This document shows positions 38,116 through 39,094 of a stretch of DNA of 39,094 bases, piece after piece. Source of the DNA: Nitrospinaceae bacterium. Lineage in GTDB: Bacteria; Nitrospinota; Nitrospinia; Nitrospinales; VA-1. How positions within the stretch are numbered: the stretch's first letter is position 1; every line of letters begins with the position of its first letter. The DNA lies in assembly GCA_046754465.1 (NCBI GenBank), contig JBHHVU010000028.1:1-39094 (forward strand), in the 5' to 3' direction. The translations under genes and the position numbers were made by a program. The notes under the pieces were generated by a model that was given only the letters and a program-made list of their open reading frames with translations, searched no databases and was not told the DNA's origin.

Positions 38116-39094
38116 TTGAATACCATCATTCAGAGTTATACCCAGGCCCTTGCGGCTGGGAGGGATAAGCCCAAGGTCACTCTTATCATTCCCGCGTATA
38201 ACGAGTCCGGAAACTTGAGGGCGTTTTGCGACGAAGTCCACGAGACCATTGAACATCTCGATTCGTATTCCTGGGAATTTATTTTCGTGGATGACGGAAG
38301 TTCGGACGATACATGGTCCCTGATCCAGGACATGTCCCGAAACCAATCGCGGATCAAGGGCGTTTCGCTGTCGCGGAACTTCGGCAAGGAAATCGCCCTC
38401 ACGGCGGGGTTGGAGGCGGTGGAAGACTCGGACGCGGTCATTTTCATGGATGCGGACCTGCAGCATCCGCCGCCGGTCATCGCCGAACTGATAGCTCAGT
38501 GGGAACGCGGGTACCAGATCGTCGTCACCCAAAGGGACACCATTCAATATTCCTGGATGCGCAAGGCGGGGTCGGGATTTTTTTATTACATGCTGAATCG
38601 TTTTTCCGACTTGAAAATCCAGCCCAAGGTCACGGATTTTGGATTGGTGGACCGCGAAGTGCTCAAGGTTTTAAAGACCTTTCAGGAGAGGACCCGGTTC
38701 TTTCGCGGGCTCATCGACTGGATGGGATTTCGTAAAACCTTCGTCAACTTTTCTTCTCCGGACCGGAGGAACGGCCCCTCCACTTTCAGTCTGCGGAACC
38801 TGGCCAATCTTGCGGTCAATTCCTTCACCTCGTTTTCCCTGTTGCCGCTTCGGGTGACCGGTTGGCTTGGCATCCTGGTTTTATCCCTTTCGCTATCGGT
38901 CCTGTTTTACATGATGATCACTCAGTTTGCCCTGGGGGAGGTTTATACGCCTCTTGCCTATTTCGTCGTTTTCAATACCCTGCTTTTCGGGGTCGTGCTC
39001 GCCGCGCTGGGGCTGATCGCCCTCTATATAGGCCACATCCATACCGAGGTGATCCGGCGCCCGCTTTATATCGTTCAAAACCGGGTGGGGTTCG
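38116..39094 (+). CDS. GtrB/DPM1-like polyprenol-phosphate glycosyltransferase (GT2 with two C-terminal TMs), truncated by the window end
   Basis: Manual translation from TTG 38116 (GAGGAG RBS): IIPAYNE, VDDGSSD, SRNFGKEIALTAG, MDADLQHPP, RFFRGLIDWMGF, two TMs, RRPLYIV. It is absent from the ORF track because no stop falls in the window. Confidence 0.92.
   Translation, partial: MNTIIQSYTQALAAGRDKPKVTLIIPAYNESGNLRAFCDEVHETIEHLDSYSWEFIFVDDGSSDDTWSLIQDMSRNQSRIKGVSLSRNFGKEIALTAGLEAVEDSDAVIFMDADLQHPPPVIAELIAQWERGYQIVVTQRDTIQYSWMRKAGSGFFYYMLNRFSDLKIQPKVTDFGLVDREVLKVLKTFQERTRFFRGLIDWMGFRKTFVNFSSPDRRNGPSTFSLRNLANLAVNSFTSFSLLPLRVTGWLGILVLSLSLSVLFYMMITQFALGEVYTPLAYFVVFNTLLFGVVLAALGLIALYIGHIHTEVIRRPLYIVQNRVGF

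Overview
A GC-rich bacterial chromosomal segment. The gene content recalls Nitrospinota/Nitrospirota-like nitrite oxidisers, but this is an impression and was not tested. Left to right it holds: (1) two conserved hypothetical genes, the first interrupted by one in-frame TGA; (2) an RND efflux pump plus membrane-fusion protein; (3) a SAM methyltransferase and an acyl-CoA ligase; (4) a TPR/FGE-domain exported protein, an uncalled 57-aa basic protein, a GT-C/TPR membrane glycosyltransferase and an NDP-sugar epimerase; (5) a REC-PP2C phosphatase; (6) a tightly coupled five-gene operon (2-oxoacid:ferredoxin oxidoreductase gamma-delta/alpha/beta, ADP-forming acyl-CoA synthetase, Glu/Leu/Phe/Val dehydrogenase) behind a structured leader; (7) a surface-glycan locus (GT2, WecA-like, TMTC-like GT-C/TPR, GT2, rfbBAD, gmd, GT4, GtrB-like). 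Inside the glycan locus is a ~2.75 kb island bounded by 21-bp inverted repeats built from 9-bp units. It carries an intact ImmA/IrrE-DUF4411(PIN) pair among stubs of hsdS, hsdR, a type III Mod-like gene and a broken GIY-YIG-like gene, and three different palindromic repeat types are stacked at its right edge. No rRNA, tRNA, CRISPR array, transposase or integrase was seen. All family calls come from motif recognition, not database searches.
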